A model generated the notes under the pieces. The model searched no databases. It was not told the DNA's origin and saw only the letters and a program-made list of their open reading frames with translations. From the NCBI GenBank assembly GCA_025603075.1, contig MU626300.1, positions 62,001 to 126,000 of the forward strand: 64,000 nt of DNA. The letters are read 5' to 3'. A program made the position numbers and the translations under genes. Shown piece after piece: positions 25,001 to 37,993 of the stretch; within the stretch, counting starts at the first letter, position 1; each line of letters begins with the position of its first letter. This stretch comes from Neoconidiobolus thromboides FSU 785. Its lineage: Eukaryota; Fungi; Entomophthoromycota.

Positions 25001-25826
25001 AGTAAAAATACCTAAAGGAAGAATAACAATAAAGTTGGTATTAGAAAGTGTATATAGTATCAAAGAACTTAATTGTATTTAGCTTTCTCTACGAAAACAC
25101 ACATTAGGCCAAAAGATTAGTAGTGAGTTCATTTAGATGAAATAAAAGAGAAGTACTAAGCTTCAGAATAACATTCTTTTGTTCCATTTACAACTTATCC
25201 TTTTATGGTAATCATTATCTAAATATATCATGAGAGGATTTTTGCTTAGAAAATTTGATGTAACTGTGTTATAAGTTATTATTATTGACTATTTTGAGTT
25301 GAGATAATAGTTTTAAGCATGTCTAGCACTAAAGGAATAGATACATAACCTTTGCTTAATTTACAATACTATAAAAAAATGAAAGGTATTGGGATGCTAA
25401 GCTAATATTTTTTAATGATAAAACACATAAATCAAACATTCAATAAGATCAAAAACCCACTTTAAGCAATAGTAAAAATTTTAAATTTATTAGAACTATC
25501 TCGGAGTTTTTAAGATATCTCTTCTATAATGTTAAAATATAGTAATAGTTTATTATAGAGGGCAGATAAAAAACAAATAATGGTTAAAATGAATCGTTTT
25601 TTAGTAGCTATACATTAGGATTATATTTTCTGATTGTAAAGTGCAAGAGTTTTTTTAAAATTCAGAATATTGTTGATGTCGGTATTTTTTTTATGATTGA
25701 GAATTCCTTAATAAAGAGCATTATTAATAAAATGGTGTACACCCATTGTTTATTTATCGGATTGATATTTTAAATTTGCCTTTCAATTTCGAGCGTTTAC
25801 CTTAGAATCCATCTTCAAATTAACAT

Positions 25827-25919
25827 GGGGGATATATTTTTATTTAAAAATTTTACTAACTTTCATTTAAATAATGCTTAAAAATGGAAAAACGATGAAA
25901 CCAAAAAAAACACCCCCCC
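25827..25919 (+). mobile_element. MITE copy H (small internal deletion)
   Basis: GGGGGAT...CACCCCCCC; ACAT/ATAT flanks. Confidence 0.8.
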
Positions 25920-27708
25920 ATATTGAATCTTTTTTATCATGATTCCATGGCATAAAATTATAATGCACAAATCAACCTAAAATTAAAAGTATCAAATTTT
26001 ATTTAAAAACAAGCCCCCCAACTTTGAATATTAATAGTTTTAAATATTTAATTTATATAATAATTACAAGAAAATCTAATACAAAATTAAAAGACTAAAT
26101 AAATTCAATCAAGTACTCAGCTTACAATGTTATATTCTTAGTTTTGATTTGATTGCTTTAGTAAATAAGTTAACAACAATTTAGCTGAATTATGATTTTA
26201 GTAATTTTCTATCTTTAAACAGCTCTATTTAATAAGTTTATCACATTTATATTAACATTAGTAAAAGATGTTAGCGTTTTTGTTTAATTAAAGTTGTGTA
26301 GATGTAGAGCATTGACTATATTTTATTTAAAGGTAAATTTATTTTGTAAATTATCATAGAAGTAATAATAAGATTCATTTCGAGATTTTAATCAAATTTC
26401 AATTTAGTTGTAATGAATTAGAATAAGACAACACTCCTCTCAAATTAGCTTATTTTTTAACTAGAAAACGTTCTAATTACAATGTATCATGATTTATATG
26501 CTTATTTTTTATCTAATCAGAATATTAACAAAGTACTATTTCAGATGAAATGAGGTGGATATGGGCTTTTTCAAGTTGCATATCTTATTTAAATGTTAAT
26601 TTTTTGAGTATCATCAATCTTCGCAAAAATTTGTTACAACTAGCCCCTTGAAATATATTTGCTAAATTCAAATTTATGCATCAAAACTCAAATAAATTAA
26701 AATTAAAATTAATTTAATTAGCTAATTTCTTTTAAATTTTATTGGTTAAATGCTACTTTTGAGCTGAATGAATGTATCCGTCCTAATCACTTAAGTTAGA
26801 AATAAATGTAATAGTTCATGTAAAAAACAAATTAAATTAAGATTTTGAGTCGAGATACTCAGAACGCATATAAAAATAAAATGGTCTTCATTAAATTATG
26901 AATCAGCTAAAAGCTACCTTAAATAGCATTTATCTCGCTGTTTTTAATTTTTAATATACAATTATGTAAGCTAAAGACATGCAGCAACGATCCAAGAGTA
27001 ATTATACTAATAAAATATAAAGCTATTATTTATTGCCACTTTCATTATTATTGAAACAAATAATGTTTTATTACAATAAAGAAACTTATTGATTCAATGT
27101 TTTTTTTAAAATTATGTTTAATTCAAAATAAAGAAATCGTTACAATATTGAGAGCATAATTTGAATGAATGACTATGTGTCAACAGATAGGGGGTATGTA
27201 ACTTTGTTTTTACTTCAAACGATATCTTTTGAAACAAGTGGCTTGAAAATTTAAATAAACTTGTATGCTTGTAATATAAAGGTATCTCAGTATGTATGTT
27301 GAATTCATTAAAAACAAAGTGATATCCCCAATTAAATATTTTCTTCAAAGCAGTTATCTTTCTGTGGGTTCATATCGAAAATATAAAAGTACCAAAGTTG
27401 AACAAGGATAGTGAAAATCAACTTGTTTTTTCCCTATCTTAAATAGAAAAGTATATGATCAATAAATAGCGTCCGTTTCTTTCTATAAAAATACTGATAT
27501 TTATTAAAAATGAAAATCTGCATAAAAATATATACTCTAATGCTGTGAAAAAGCACTAGTATTTAACCTACTTGAGTTAAATCAATGTATTGATGCTACA
27601 GATCAGCTAAATTAACAATGAATAATTAAAAACTCATAGTTTTATCAATTTAAGTGACATAAAATCATAAAAACTCGAACTAGAAATTACGATACAAACA
27701 TTTTTTAT

Positions 27709-28122
27709 TTACAATAATTTTCTGATTTTTCTAAAGAGTCTCTTATAGATATTAATATTATCTTTCTTTTCAGAATCAATAGAACCCTGATATTTAGCAC
27801 CATTTTGGTCAGCAGAAGCGGACAAATTATTAATTTCAGAATACTCATATTTGTCCCCCTTCTTTTCAACAAGTCCAATAAGCTCTTCAGTACAAAAAGC
27901 AATGAATACTTTATCGTTGTCAACCGATTTGACTTCTGATGAACAATAATTTTTGTTTTCTTTACATTCTAATTTCACCGAAGCATTAGATGCTCCTTGA
28001 GCAGTACATTCACAAGTAAGATTATTGTCTTTAGTGGCTACATTACAATCATATTTAACAGCTGTAATAAGGCTGAATAATACAATTAAACATAAAGAAA
28101 AGAGAGAGAAATATCTGGACAT
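27709..28122 (-). CDS. Small secreted Cys-rich protein of unknown function
   Basis: 137-aa ORF with ATG start, hydrophobic signal peptide and six Cys in the mature part. Confidence 0.7.
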   Translation of the reverse strand: MSRYFSLFSLCLIVLFSLITAVKYDCNVATKDNNLTCECTAQGASNASVKLECKENKNYCSSEVKSVDNDKVFIAFCTEELIGLVEKKGDKYEYSEINNLSASADQNGAKYQGSIDSEKKDNINIYKRLFRKIRKLL

Positions 28123-29080
28123 ATTGTTATATATTTTAATTGAACTACTTGAAGTTTTAATATTTTAATTGGATTAAAAATTGACTCTTTTTATATTTTA
28201 TTTTACGGATTATTTATTTTGGTCTATTGCTCAGTGAAATTAAGTGTTATTTTACTTTTTCTCCGTGGTTCTTTGTTTTTTTAATACTGCATGTTTTATT
28301 CTCTATTGTGAATTACGATAAAACAGTTCCAAATTTCATTAATTTATTAACATTTACTAAAACAGTAACACGTTGTAAATATTAAATGAAACCCATAAGT
28401 CAATAGTAAAATTCAAATGGAAACTATACATTAAAAAAGAGAATAGACTATTATTGAGTATAAGTAGAACTATTATTCTGATATTGAAAATATAAAATAA
28501 TAATAGAAAAGCATTAATTAAACTAGTTTTTTAAGTAAATTGTCATGTTTTTTTCAAATGCTGATTTGCCTAAAGATTTTCCTGAATTAAGGCTTAAAAA
28601 TGAATAAATAATAATAATGTTTTTTAAATAATATAATTAGCAGGCACTTTTATTAAATTCTAACCCATTTGGATTAATTTTGAGAGCATCAAAACTAAAT
28701 CAAATATTCATCGTTTTGACTTTAGTTTTTTACAGTATAATAATACCTCTAGTGTACATAAAAATCAACTCATAGTATAGTTAGGATTTTTATTTTTGCA
28801 CTAGCAAAAAAATGTCTTGTTAACGCTAAAAAATTGATTGACCTAGATGGATTAATTTTTGAACCTATATAAGAACTTAATTAGTATTTATTTTTATTAA
28901 AATTTCATATAATTGTAATTTTTTTTGCATATATAAAATGTTATTTAGTTGAATGTATTGTTGTAAGATTTGGTGCTTAGGGAAAAGATTATAAAAGTCT
29001 TTTAATTAACTATTTATAATAAATTCAGAAATCTTAGCTTTAATAACTAGAATAGGTTTATAAATAAAAGAATAGCATGT

Positions 29081-29179
29081 GGGGGTGTATTTTTATATTT
29101 AAGGATTTTACTCACAAATTTTCCACTCAAACAACGCTTAAAAGATGGAAAAAATAATGAAGTCAAAAAAAACACTACC
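29081..29179 (+). mobile_element. MITE copy I
   Basis: GGGGGTG...CACTACC; ATGT/ATGT flanks. Confidence 0.85.
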
Positions 29180-29903
29180 ATGTAATAATTAAGCAGATTG
29201 TATGAAGCAAGATAAAAAACTTACACAATTAACGGATCATATAAAAAAACTAATAAAAAATAAATTTATTATTTACTTATCAGTGTAAAATCTGGTACTC
29301 AGTGGTTGAAGTCAAAGGCCTTAGTTTACGTAGCTAATGTAGGCTTAAATTATGAAGAATAAGATGTAATAGGCTATAAACTATGTAAGATAAATAGAAT
29401 AGACAACACTACTGCAAAATCTATGTAAAATTCTATTAGTAAAATTTAATGGCTTTATTAAAGGTGAGAGTATCAGGGAGCAATTCAATTAGAAAGCCTC
29501 GAGTTATTGTGTTAAAGGATTTTTTTATACTCCAACAAGTATGGATATCAAAATGAGAAGTATAATATTCTTTGCGATGTAGAGTTAGAAATTCTTATAA
29601 AAAATCAAAATAAAAGCTTGGGATTGATTGTGTGTAAACTCAAGAACACAACAACTTAAGTGATTGTTATGTTATAATCAATTATAAAGCTGATAAAGCA
29701 ATATTTCACAGCAATTATAACAAAAAATAGCTGTTGTTATGTTTTTTATGTATAGCTACCTAATTGAAATATATATATCCTTAATATGTTAATTTAGAGC
29801 CTTTTGTTAAATTGTTTTTTAATATTATATCTTTTAATAAAAATACCAGATTTTATAATAATATGTTTTATTTTATTTGTTTTATATAATTTATAACTTA
29901 TAT

Positions 29904-29999
29904 AGAGGTGTTTTTTGAGTTTATTACTTTTCCATTTTTTGAGCGCTATTTGAGCGGAAAAATTCTTAGTAAAATTCTTGAACAGAAAAATACATCCCC
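29904..29999 (-). mobile_element. MITE copy J
   Basis: AGAGGTG...CATCCCC; ATAT/ATAT flanks. Confidence 0.85.
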
Positions 30000-30179
30000 A
30001 TATACTATCATTTATTGAATGAAATTATTTATTACTTATTGAATGTAAACTATATTGTACCTAATACTTAATGCTATTATCTGGATTATTTTTGTAGAAC
30101 TATACAATAAAAGAAAATAACTTAAACAATAATATTCAATCCATTTATTCATTTATTCATTCATTATTGTTAAAAATAA

Positions 30180-31172
30180 TCAACAATAAATGTATTTATG
30201 TAGCTCATAACAGATAGGAAGGTTAGAATGGTTGAATCTAACATGAGGAAGTGTATGTTTCCTAATAACTTTAATACCTAACTCCCTAAGTTCATCATTT
30301 AATAAGGAGATATTAAAATTCCAGATAATCAAACTTAATTTGAGTTCATTAGCTAAATTTAAACTGGCTTGAATTAATGGGTTAGCATATTGATTAATAT
30401 TATATCTTATTACATTTAATTGATTTAATTTAAAATCATAATCAAATATCATAAATTCATTTAAATATTCAATAGCATAAACCTTAGGTAAATCAATATT
30501 ATGATGTCGATTATAAAAATCAGATCGTAGCCAATGCCATTTATAAGTAATAAAATTAGGTTCTACTATAAATACACCTTCTTTTAATAACTTTTCATCA
30601 TTAAGTTGTTGAATTCTTTCTTTACTTAATTGACAATCTATAGTAGTTAATTGTTCTATTTGGTTTTGATTAAGATATTTTAAATTTTTATCTTGAATTT
30701 TAGTAACTGAAGTATTATCAAATTGAACATGAAAAGGCAACTGTAATTGAAAATTCATTCTTTCATAATAATTGTCAACATCTGAAAATAACATCATTAA
30801 ATTGTTTTCTTTTCGGTCCATTTCAGTTAATACTTTGTTAATCATGACTTCCGCATACCCTTTCTTTCTTTCATTTTCAATAGTAAATACAGAAGCTAAA
30901 CAATTTAATTGAAGTTCTTTATATCCATCTAAATCTTTATAATAGACTTGACGAGAGATAACTTCACATTGGGAAACTACTTTTTCATTTTCATTTAATA
31001 ATAAATAACTCTTAATATTATTTTTAATAAATGTTTCATTTCGTGATAATATTTCTCGTTCAATAAATTGTTCTATTGTATAATCTTCGCTACCCCATTG
31101 TTGATAAACTGTTTTAAATGTTTGTAATATGTCTTCAAATGAGGTGGCTACTTTCAATTGTAAATTAGTCAT
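30180..31172 (-). CDS. GNAT acetyltransferase, LYC1-like, paralog 1 (intronless)
   Basis: LASVFTIENERKKGYAEVM (acetyl-CoA motif A), LFSDVDNYYER, FMIFDYDF, HTLP; motifs are shared with the 47862 and 60964 genes. Confidence 0.8.
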   Translation of the reverse strand: MTNLQLKVATSFEDILQTFKTVYQQWGSEDYTIEQFIEREILSRNETFIKNNIKSYLLLNENEKVVSQCEVISRQVYYKDLDGYKELQLNCLASVFTIENERKKGYAEVMINKVLTEMDRKENNLMMLFSDVDNYYERMNFQLQLPFHVQFDNTSVTKIQDKNLKYLNQNQIEQLTTIDCQLSKERIQQLNDEKLLKEGVFIVEPNFITYKWHWLRSDFYNRHHNIDLPKVYAIEYLNEFMIFDYDFKLNQLNVIRYNINQYANPLIQASLNLANELKLSLIIWNFNISLLNDELRELGIKVIRKHTLPHVRFNHSNLPICYELHKYIYC

Positions 31173-31626
31173 TTTAATTGTTAAATTAAAGATTGATATG
31201 ATGTTATTTTTATACTTTTTTTACTTGTTTTTATCCGATACATTAAATATTTGATGTAACTGCGTAAAAACAAGAATAAATAGTGTAGTCTCATGCGTAT
31301 GTTGTTTATGAATAGTAGGATTTTCTTAAAATTTTAAAGTTTAATTTTTTAATTTTTTAAAGTTTTTAATTAAATGTATGTTTGTATCTATTTCTATTAT
31401 TTATGTTACTTACATAAAATGTTTTGTTGATATTATTTAAGCATTATCTATCTATTTACTACTTCAAAAAATTATAATTTTAATCTACAAACCTTCCAAT
31501 ATGAAAAAACGTGATCAACTATTATCATAATATTCTAATATCGCTTAAATTTAAATCCTATTCCTCAATGTATATTAACTTAATTTGAGAAGTGGATAAA
31601 CTTCAAAAATACATACAAAAAACTTA

Positions 31627-32592
31627 TTATTTATTAAAGGTAACAAAATCATGATGAAGATATTCATTGCAATCATCTAAATCGATATCGAAATACTTTT
31701 TAATATTTTCCCTTCTACCTTGCTCATTCTTTAAATGAATTCGTTCCACCTTATCGTTGTTCATATTAACAATTTTAAGTTGATTATCAAATATCTTGTA
31801 TAATTTATTCCCTTTTTGAATTCTTAATTGAATATGGTTAATGAATGGTTTAGAATTATCTAATACAGTAAATACATTTAAACGATTAATATCTTCATGA
31901 AAATAAGGTTCTAATGCAAAGAAATATAATGGAGTAATAACATCATTATGGTAATATTGAGCCATATAAACTTTCTTGAATAAATTGCTATTTCCGTATT
32001 TTGGCGGATATCTAAAAACTACCTGTAATTTTTGATTATACTCTAACTTCACAATCTCACACTTTTCGTCCTCTGTTTCTTCTTCATTAATAGGTACAGG
32101 TAAAAATTGACCAAAACCATCCCAACCAATATCAGCTAAATATTTAACTCCATCAATTTGAACTAAATTAGCTGAATGCCTCATACCGCTCATCACTACT
32201 TTATTTTCTTTCTTTAATACATTAACATCTACTGAACGACAAGCCACAATAAAATTCAAATATCCAAAATAATTCAATACTTTATGAAACAAAACAGCAT
32301 GTTCAAAGCAATATCCATCTTTACCATTCACAATCATTTTGTTATATACATCTTGTGGATGAATGCTTACTCCTTTTGTAATAGTTTTATTATTGACATA
32401 AGTCGACTCATGTTGTCCTTCTACTTGATTGTTATAATAAAAAAAACTTAAATTACCATAAGGTAGATGACTTAAATGATGTTTCATTAATAGAGTTAAG
32501 GTTTCTAAGTTGGGTTCTGGTAAGCTATCTTCAACATAAGGAAACTCGATTTTATTAAGATATTGGATTATCTGTTGTTTGTTAAATTCCAT
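31627..32592 (-). CDS. Arylamine N-acetyltransferase (NAT family), intronless
   Basis: HHLSHLPYGNL; Cys-His-Asp triad in GYCFEH, HSANLV and YLADIG. Confidence 0.92.
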   Translation of the reverse strand: MEFNKQQIIQYLNKIEFPYVEDSLPEPNLETLTLLMKHHLSHLPYGNLSFFYYNNQVEGQHESTYVNNKTITKGVSIHPQDVYNKMIVNGKDGYCFEHAVLFHKVLNYFGYLNFIVACRSVDVNVLKKENKVVMSGMRHSANLVQIDGVKYLADIGWDGFGQFLPVPINEEETEDEKCEIVKLEYNQKLQVVFRYPPKYGNSNLFKKVYMAQYYHNDVITPLYFFALEPYFHEDINRLNVFTVLDNSKPFINHIQLRIQKGNKLYKIFDNQLKIVNMNNDKVERIHLKNEQGRRENIKKYFDIDLDDCNEYLHHDFVTFNK

Positions 32593-33894
32593 CTTTTATT
32601 TTTTATTTATAAAAAAAGATAAAGTTCAAGAATATTTATAGTTTATTCTGTAACTTTTTTGATTAAATTCCATTGGCTACATTATTAATTGTCACTTCTG
32701 GTCACTATCCAGTTTTTTTATAGCTTGTGAAATTTTAGAATTGAAATACTCATCAGGACTAAAGAGACATCGCCCTGTTTGCTCATTACCTTGGTATGAA
32801 ATAGATACTAAAATTATTATATATGATTACTATTCTGATAAACATTATATAGCTTTACTAATAACGAGATAGCTCTGGGTATTGTTTTAATTATAAGGTG
32901 ATTTTTAAAGTAATTTCATTTTTTGAACAAAGCCCTACAAGAGTACATAGAATTGCTACAAGGCGTCTTATTTACATAAAATGTGTTTTTACATATCAAA
33001 AAACATTTTCTATTGTAGCCAATAATCTTCCTTTATTCGATATGGAGATTACTAGAAACAACTTGTAAGATGAATCCTTTAAGTATTAAATTAATTTAAA
33101 AAATAAGTCCAATTCAACCTGATTTTTTAGTTAACCGGGATTGAATTGGACACTATACTCGTAATTGATATACAAAGGACTAAAATAGCAAAGTTGAGTT
33201 GTTTAAAAAAAATTGTAGAAGCTCCATGAACGATATGCAGAAACTTGTAAAACTATAGGGACCAAATTACTCAATCAATAATTCAGATGGTAAAAATTCT
33301 ATGAGGCATTTTATAAGTAAAAACATTGAAGAGTATAAGTAATATGGTAAACTATGGGTTCTTTGTGATCTACTTTTGAGGGAGTAGCGTAAAGCTTTAC
33401 ATGTGGTTTTTAACACAATATAATGATTGAAGTTGTGGTAAGAATTGAGAGCGTTTTTATCGGAATTTTACTTAATATAAATTATTTATGATAATTGATT
33501 ATATATAATTCATGATAAAACTCAAACACAGTGAATTAGATGTCAAATCAATAAATAATGGGACTTGAAGTATTAATCAAACAATGGAATATCTTTTAGT
33601 TAATTAAATTTAGTCTTTTTTTATAACTTCAATTTTATAATCAATGAATTCCATCAACTCAATAAACCTTTTAAATTTACCTAATATAGTAGAAAAGCTA
33701 TTTCTACTATTTTTTTTATTAACTTGACTTTAAAATATTGCACATGGGAAACAACTCTTCTTTAACGATAAAATATTAAATAATAAAATAAAACAATGAT
33801 CTATTAATAGTCACTTGAAGGCAACCCCTTAGTTTTATAAAAACTATATAAATAATATAAGACTCCTAATAATATACACATAAACCTATTTAAA

Positions 33895-34626
33895 ATGAAA
33901 TTTAACACGGGAATCTTATTATCAACTTTAGCACCTAGCGTTTTTGGTCAGTTAAACTCAGGTCTTACTTGCTCGAATGATATCCGCTCATGCTCGGCAA
34001 GTGCCACTGATAAATGCTGTAGCCCAGATTTAGGTTTATTAGTCTTATCATTACAATGGATACCGAATTTAGGCCCTAATAATGCTTTCACCCTACATGG
34101 ATTATGGCCTAATAATTGTGATGGAAGCTATAGTCCTACGGATGGATGCGATGCTTCACGACAATATACTGATCTCGATGCCATAGTATCTGCAGACCCT
34201 ACCTTAAAAGAACAAATGAACACATATTGGTCATCATATAATGGTGACAACCCAGCTTTCTGGCAACATGAATGGGGTAAACATGGTACCTGTTATAGTG
34301 TATTTTCACCAGATTGTTACTCAGCCTTTGAAAGAGGTCAAGATGCCAGAGATTATTTTAGTACTGCTTTGGCTTTAAGACAGAAAACTGATTTATATGC
34401 TACACTTAGTAATGCTGGTATAATTCCTGGACGCTCTTATTCGAGAAATGATTTTATTGCTGCTTTTAATCAACTTGGGGCTCAAGTTCAGCTCATTTGT
34501 AAAAGCGGTGCTATTAATGAAGTTAGAGTCTACTTTTATGTTAATGGTAAGGATAACTTTCAAATTACTAATGCTCTTTCTACTGGTTCTTGTCCTAAAA
34601 CAATTAATTATCCTATCAAGGGTTAA
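33895..34626 (+). CDS. Secreted ribonuclease T2, paralog 1
   Basis: Signal peptide; CAS I FTLHGLWP; CAS II FWQHEWGKHGTC. Confidence 0.96.
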   Translation: MKFNTGILLSTLAPSVFGQLNSGLTCSNDIRSCSASATDKCCSPDLGLLVLSLQWIPNLGPNNAFTLHGLWPNNCDGSYSPTDGCDASRQYTDLDAIVSADPTLKEQMNTYWSSYNGDNPAFWQHEWGKHGTCYSVFSPDCYSAFERGQDARDYFSTALALRQKTDLYATLSNAGIIPGRSYSRNDFIAAFNQLGAQVQLICKSGAINEVRVYFYVNGKDNFQITNALSTGSCPKTINYPIKG

Positions 34627-35608
34627 TATTTGTTGAAAAAATTTGATCAAAAGTAACTGAATATTCAATAATATTTATAATAAAACTCATTTACATTAAA
34701 AGAATTAAAGAATATATGATGTTTACATTTACTTCAACTCTAAAAGAATAATAAAAATATAGGCAGGTAAATGTAGCTCATAAATTTAAAAGGTTATTCT
34801 AAGTTTTATTTCAAGTAGTAAGTAGATATAATTTGTTGTACTTCATAAAAGGGTATAAAATAAAATTACCATGTGTCAAAAATAATAAGTGAATAAAATA
34901 AAAAACAAACCACTAATTAACTTATTTGCAATATCTGAAAGACAGTTTATAAATTATGAATTGTTTATTATACTAATTATACACCATGGAAAAAAGGCCC
35001 CGTTCATCAAAATTCCATATTTAAAATAGTTGTCAAGTTATAATCAATGGAATAATATCTAAATTTTAATTTTAAAACATATACTTAATCCGAGGGGAGA
35101 TGGTTTATCAGCATTGATTTGTCTAAAGTGTAGTAATGGGATTTTATAAGGCTGTAATTTAATATTAAATATCAAATTAATAAAATGACGGCTCATCAGA
35201 GAATATCTAAGAGCATTAAATGCTAATATAAAAATAGAAACACTTTAAGTAAGCGAACGGTTCATATTAAACATACAAAATTTCATTTTTTTTAGAATAA
35301 ATGTGATTAGATTTACCAACTTTATGACATAAGGTGACAGAATTTGATATCTAAAATAGAAATTTGTTGTTAGAAGATACTCCTTTCATACAATGGCTTA
35401 TTATTACTGATACAAAACACTAAGAGCTCTTTACCACATAGCCATTCATATTAGAGTTAATATCCTAGTTATGCTAACTTTAGTATTTAAAGCTTTGTTT
35501 AGTAACAAAAATTAGAAAAAGCTCAATGGGATTAATTGTATAAAGTTAATTTAATAAAAATAGCTAATTAATACAAAGAAGTTGTTATAAGAATGGTTGT
35601 AGTTGTAA

Positions 35609-35952
35609 TTAATGACTTTGATCGAGCTTTTCTTGAAATGAACTAGTCCGTTCGATTGAGGATCTTTTTAACCCTAATGAAAAACTAAAAAGGGTTTAAT
35701 GATAATAATGATAGAATAAAATAAACTACTTACTGGTATTTGTATACCGACTCCAATTAAATACAAAGCAATAGGTATTAATAAGTAAACATCGGCACCA
35801 TTAAGAATAACCATAAAAGCAATAGCTATGGCACAAGCTGCTGATAATAGGAAAAGGATAAGCAAATGAATCAACCAAAATTTACGCTTAAACTTGGAAC
35901 GAGCCACTGGATTAGTTGCTACTTCTCTTGCTTCGCTGGCAGATATACCCAT
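35609..35952 (-). CDS. Small 2-TM membrane protein (about 94 aa, one probable intron)
   Basis: Two hydrophobic segments; GTAAGT donor after QIP and TTAG acceptor leading to GLKRSSIERTSSFQEKLDQSH-stop. Confidence 0.5.
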
Positions 35953-37993
35953 AGTTTATGAAAAAATATCATAACAACAGTTAAACTTTATCTATTTATA
36001 TGCTTTAATTTTCGAATGGCAAAATTTGATTTCATTTTAACGATGATCTAAAACTGACACAATTCTTTGAAGCTGGTTCAATAATCTACCATATATAGAA
36101 TTAAATCCTATCATTTTTATGAAACTTGTAATTCAATACACTTTTATCCTATTATTATAAGATAAACGTTAATTATCAGCTTTTATTTCTAAAATGACTT
36201 CACATTAGTTATTTTGATTAGAGGATCTAAAATTTCGTAAATTTTATTTTAACAAATCAAGAAGCGATTAATTTCTTATTAAATGATCTGGTTAGATACA
36301 ATAAGCTAAAACAAATTTAATCAAACATCTTTAATACAAAATATTATTTATGGGGTATATAATGCCTCTTATTCTATATTAAGTATTAATTAACCTTGTT
36401 TTTTAATTGTATCTAGTATGGGTCCAGCCTAAGTTTAAGACTTTCAAATAGTCCATAAGTGCCACTCGATATAATCTGGGGAATTTTGATTCAGGTGTGC
36501 CTTGGTATAGATCTATAGACATATGCTCTAGCACTATATAAGATACGAAAGAATCTTGCTACCGATTCTATTTTTTGATTTGTATACGGACCATAGATTG
36601 TGTTTATTGTTTAGTAGTTCATGGTTTACTTTATCTACCATTAAATATAGCTAAAGTTTTGAGCTATAATCTATTTAAATTTATTGACATTAGAGAAATT
36701 TGTAAAAAATGCAAATTCTTACTTTATTTGTTTGTAATCAATTTAGTAAAATAATATTAGTTCAACCTTATTAAAAAGTCGCGAAAGAAATTTTATTAAA
36801 TTATTATATTTGTTAATTCAATTCCACTTTTGATAGAAAATTCTTGAAAGTAGTGCCATGTTTAAAAATGCTACCATCCTTTTACTTTCAATACAACTAT
36901 TTCTATTGAATTATGTCATAACAACAACCCATAGAATACAAATCATTAATCTCGATAAATATGAAAAATTGAGTTATTTATTATGGAACTCAGCTAAATT
37001 CAAGCATCATTTTTAAATCCATTTCTGTTTGATTTAATTGAATAAACAAAACTTTGAGCCAAAATTATGTTTTTTTAAATGCATATCCTGCTTTGTTTAA
37101 AACATGCAACTTTTTCAAAGGCTACTCAACTCAAATAAAACAGATATACATTTGGAAATAACACTTTTAAGTCTAACTGGGTTCTATAATAACATGATAT
37201 TTCTTCTTATTATAATTTAATTGAGTCATTTAATGAATCCTATTGACATTAACTACGCGACCCTCATTAAATTTGTTGTTATAAATGAGCCATTAAATAA
37301 ACACTAATGAGTTTATTAGATAATTAAACCACTAAGCCTATATTATAGTTCAAAATAACTCTAATCTTTATCTTAGTTCATGTTTATGTAGTGTTATAAA
37401 AAATAGCCGAGCATACAAGTTACACTTCTTTGTAATTTTATTTAATGTGAGAGGTTTCTAAGGAAAATTAAATACTATGAAGTTGAATGAATTTCATTTA
37501 TTGAATTTTTTTTATCATTATAGCCACTGTTTTAGCTTAATTTTAATAAGAGACCATTTGGCTTAATTTGGAAATTAAAATTCTAGATTGTCTTTTTGGT
37601 TTTGGCTTTAAAATAGAGTTAGAGCATGTCACTTATTTAAGATACTTATTTTCAAATATCAATATAGTTTAATATAAAATAATTTTAAGAGAGCAGTATT
37701 AGGGTTACCCTATGTTGATTAAATAGTATCTTTTGTTAAGCCTTTGTGTATCGAATTATGTTAGAGAGATAAAATTTTGATAAATTTTGAAAATAATATT
37801 ACCATTTTAGAAAAAACTAATATAAGGCTAAACTCAGACTTGGGAAATCTGTGGATTAAGTTAGATTATTTACAATTTAGGAGGATTAATACTAAAGTAT
37901 ATAAGAGAGATAAGCATTAAATATTGATATAAAAAACAAGAGTTTGTCAATATCTCATCATTTTTATTTATAAGTTTATTTGAGTTTTCTGTT

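Noticed and set aside
36430-36540. Minus-strand FPRLYRVALMDYL resembling a hAT dimerization motif
   Set aside because: The following ERxFS motif and any other transposase sequence are missing; too short to support.
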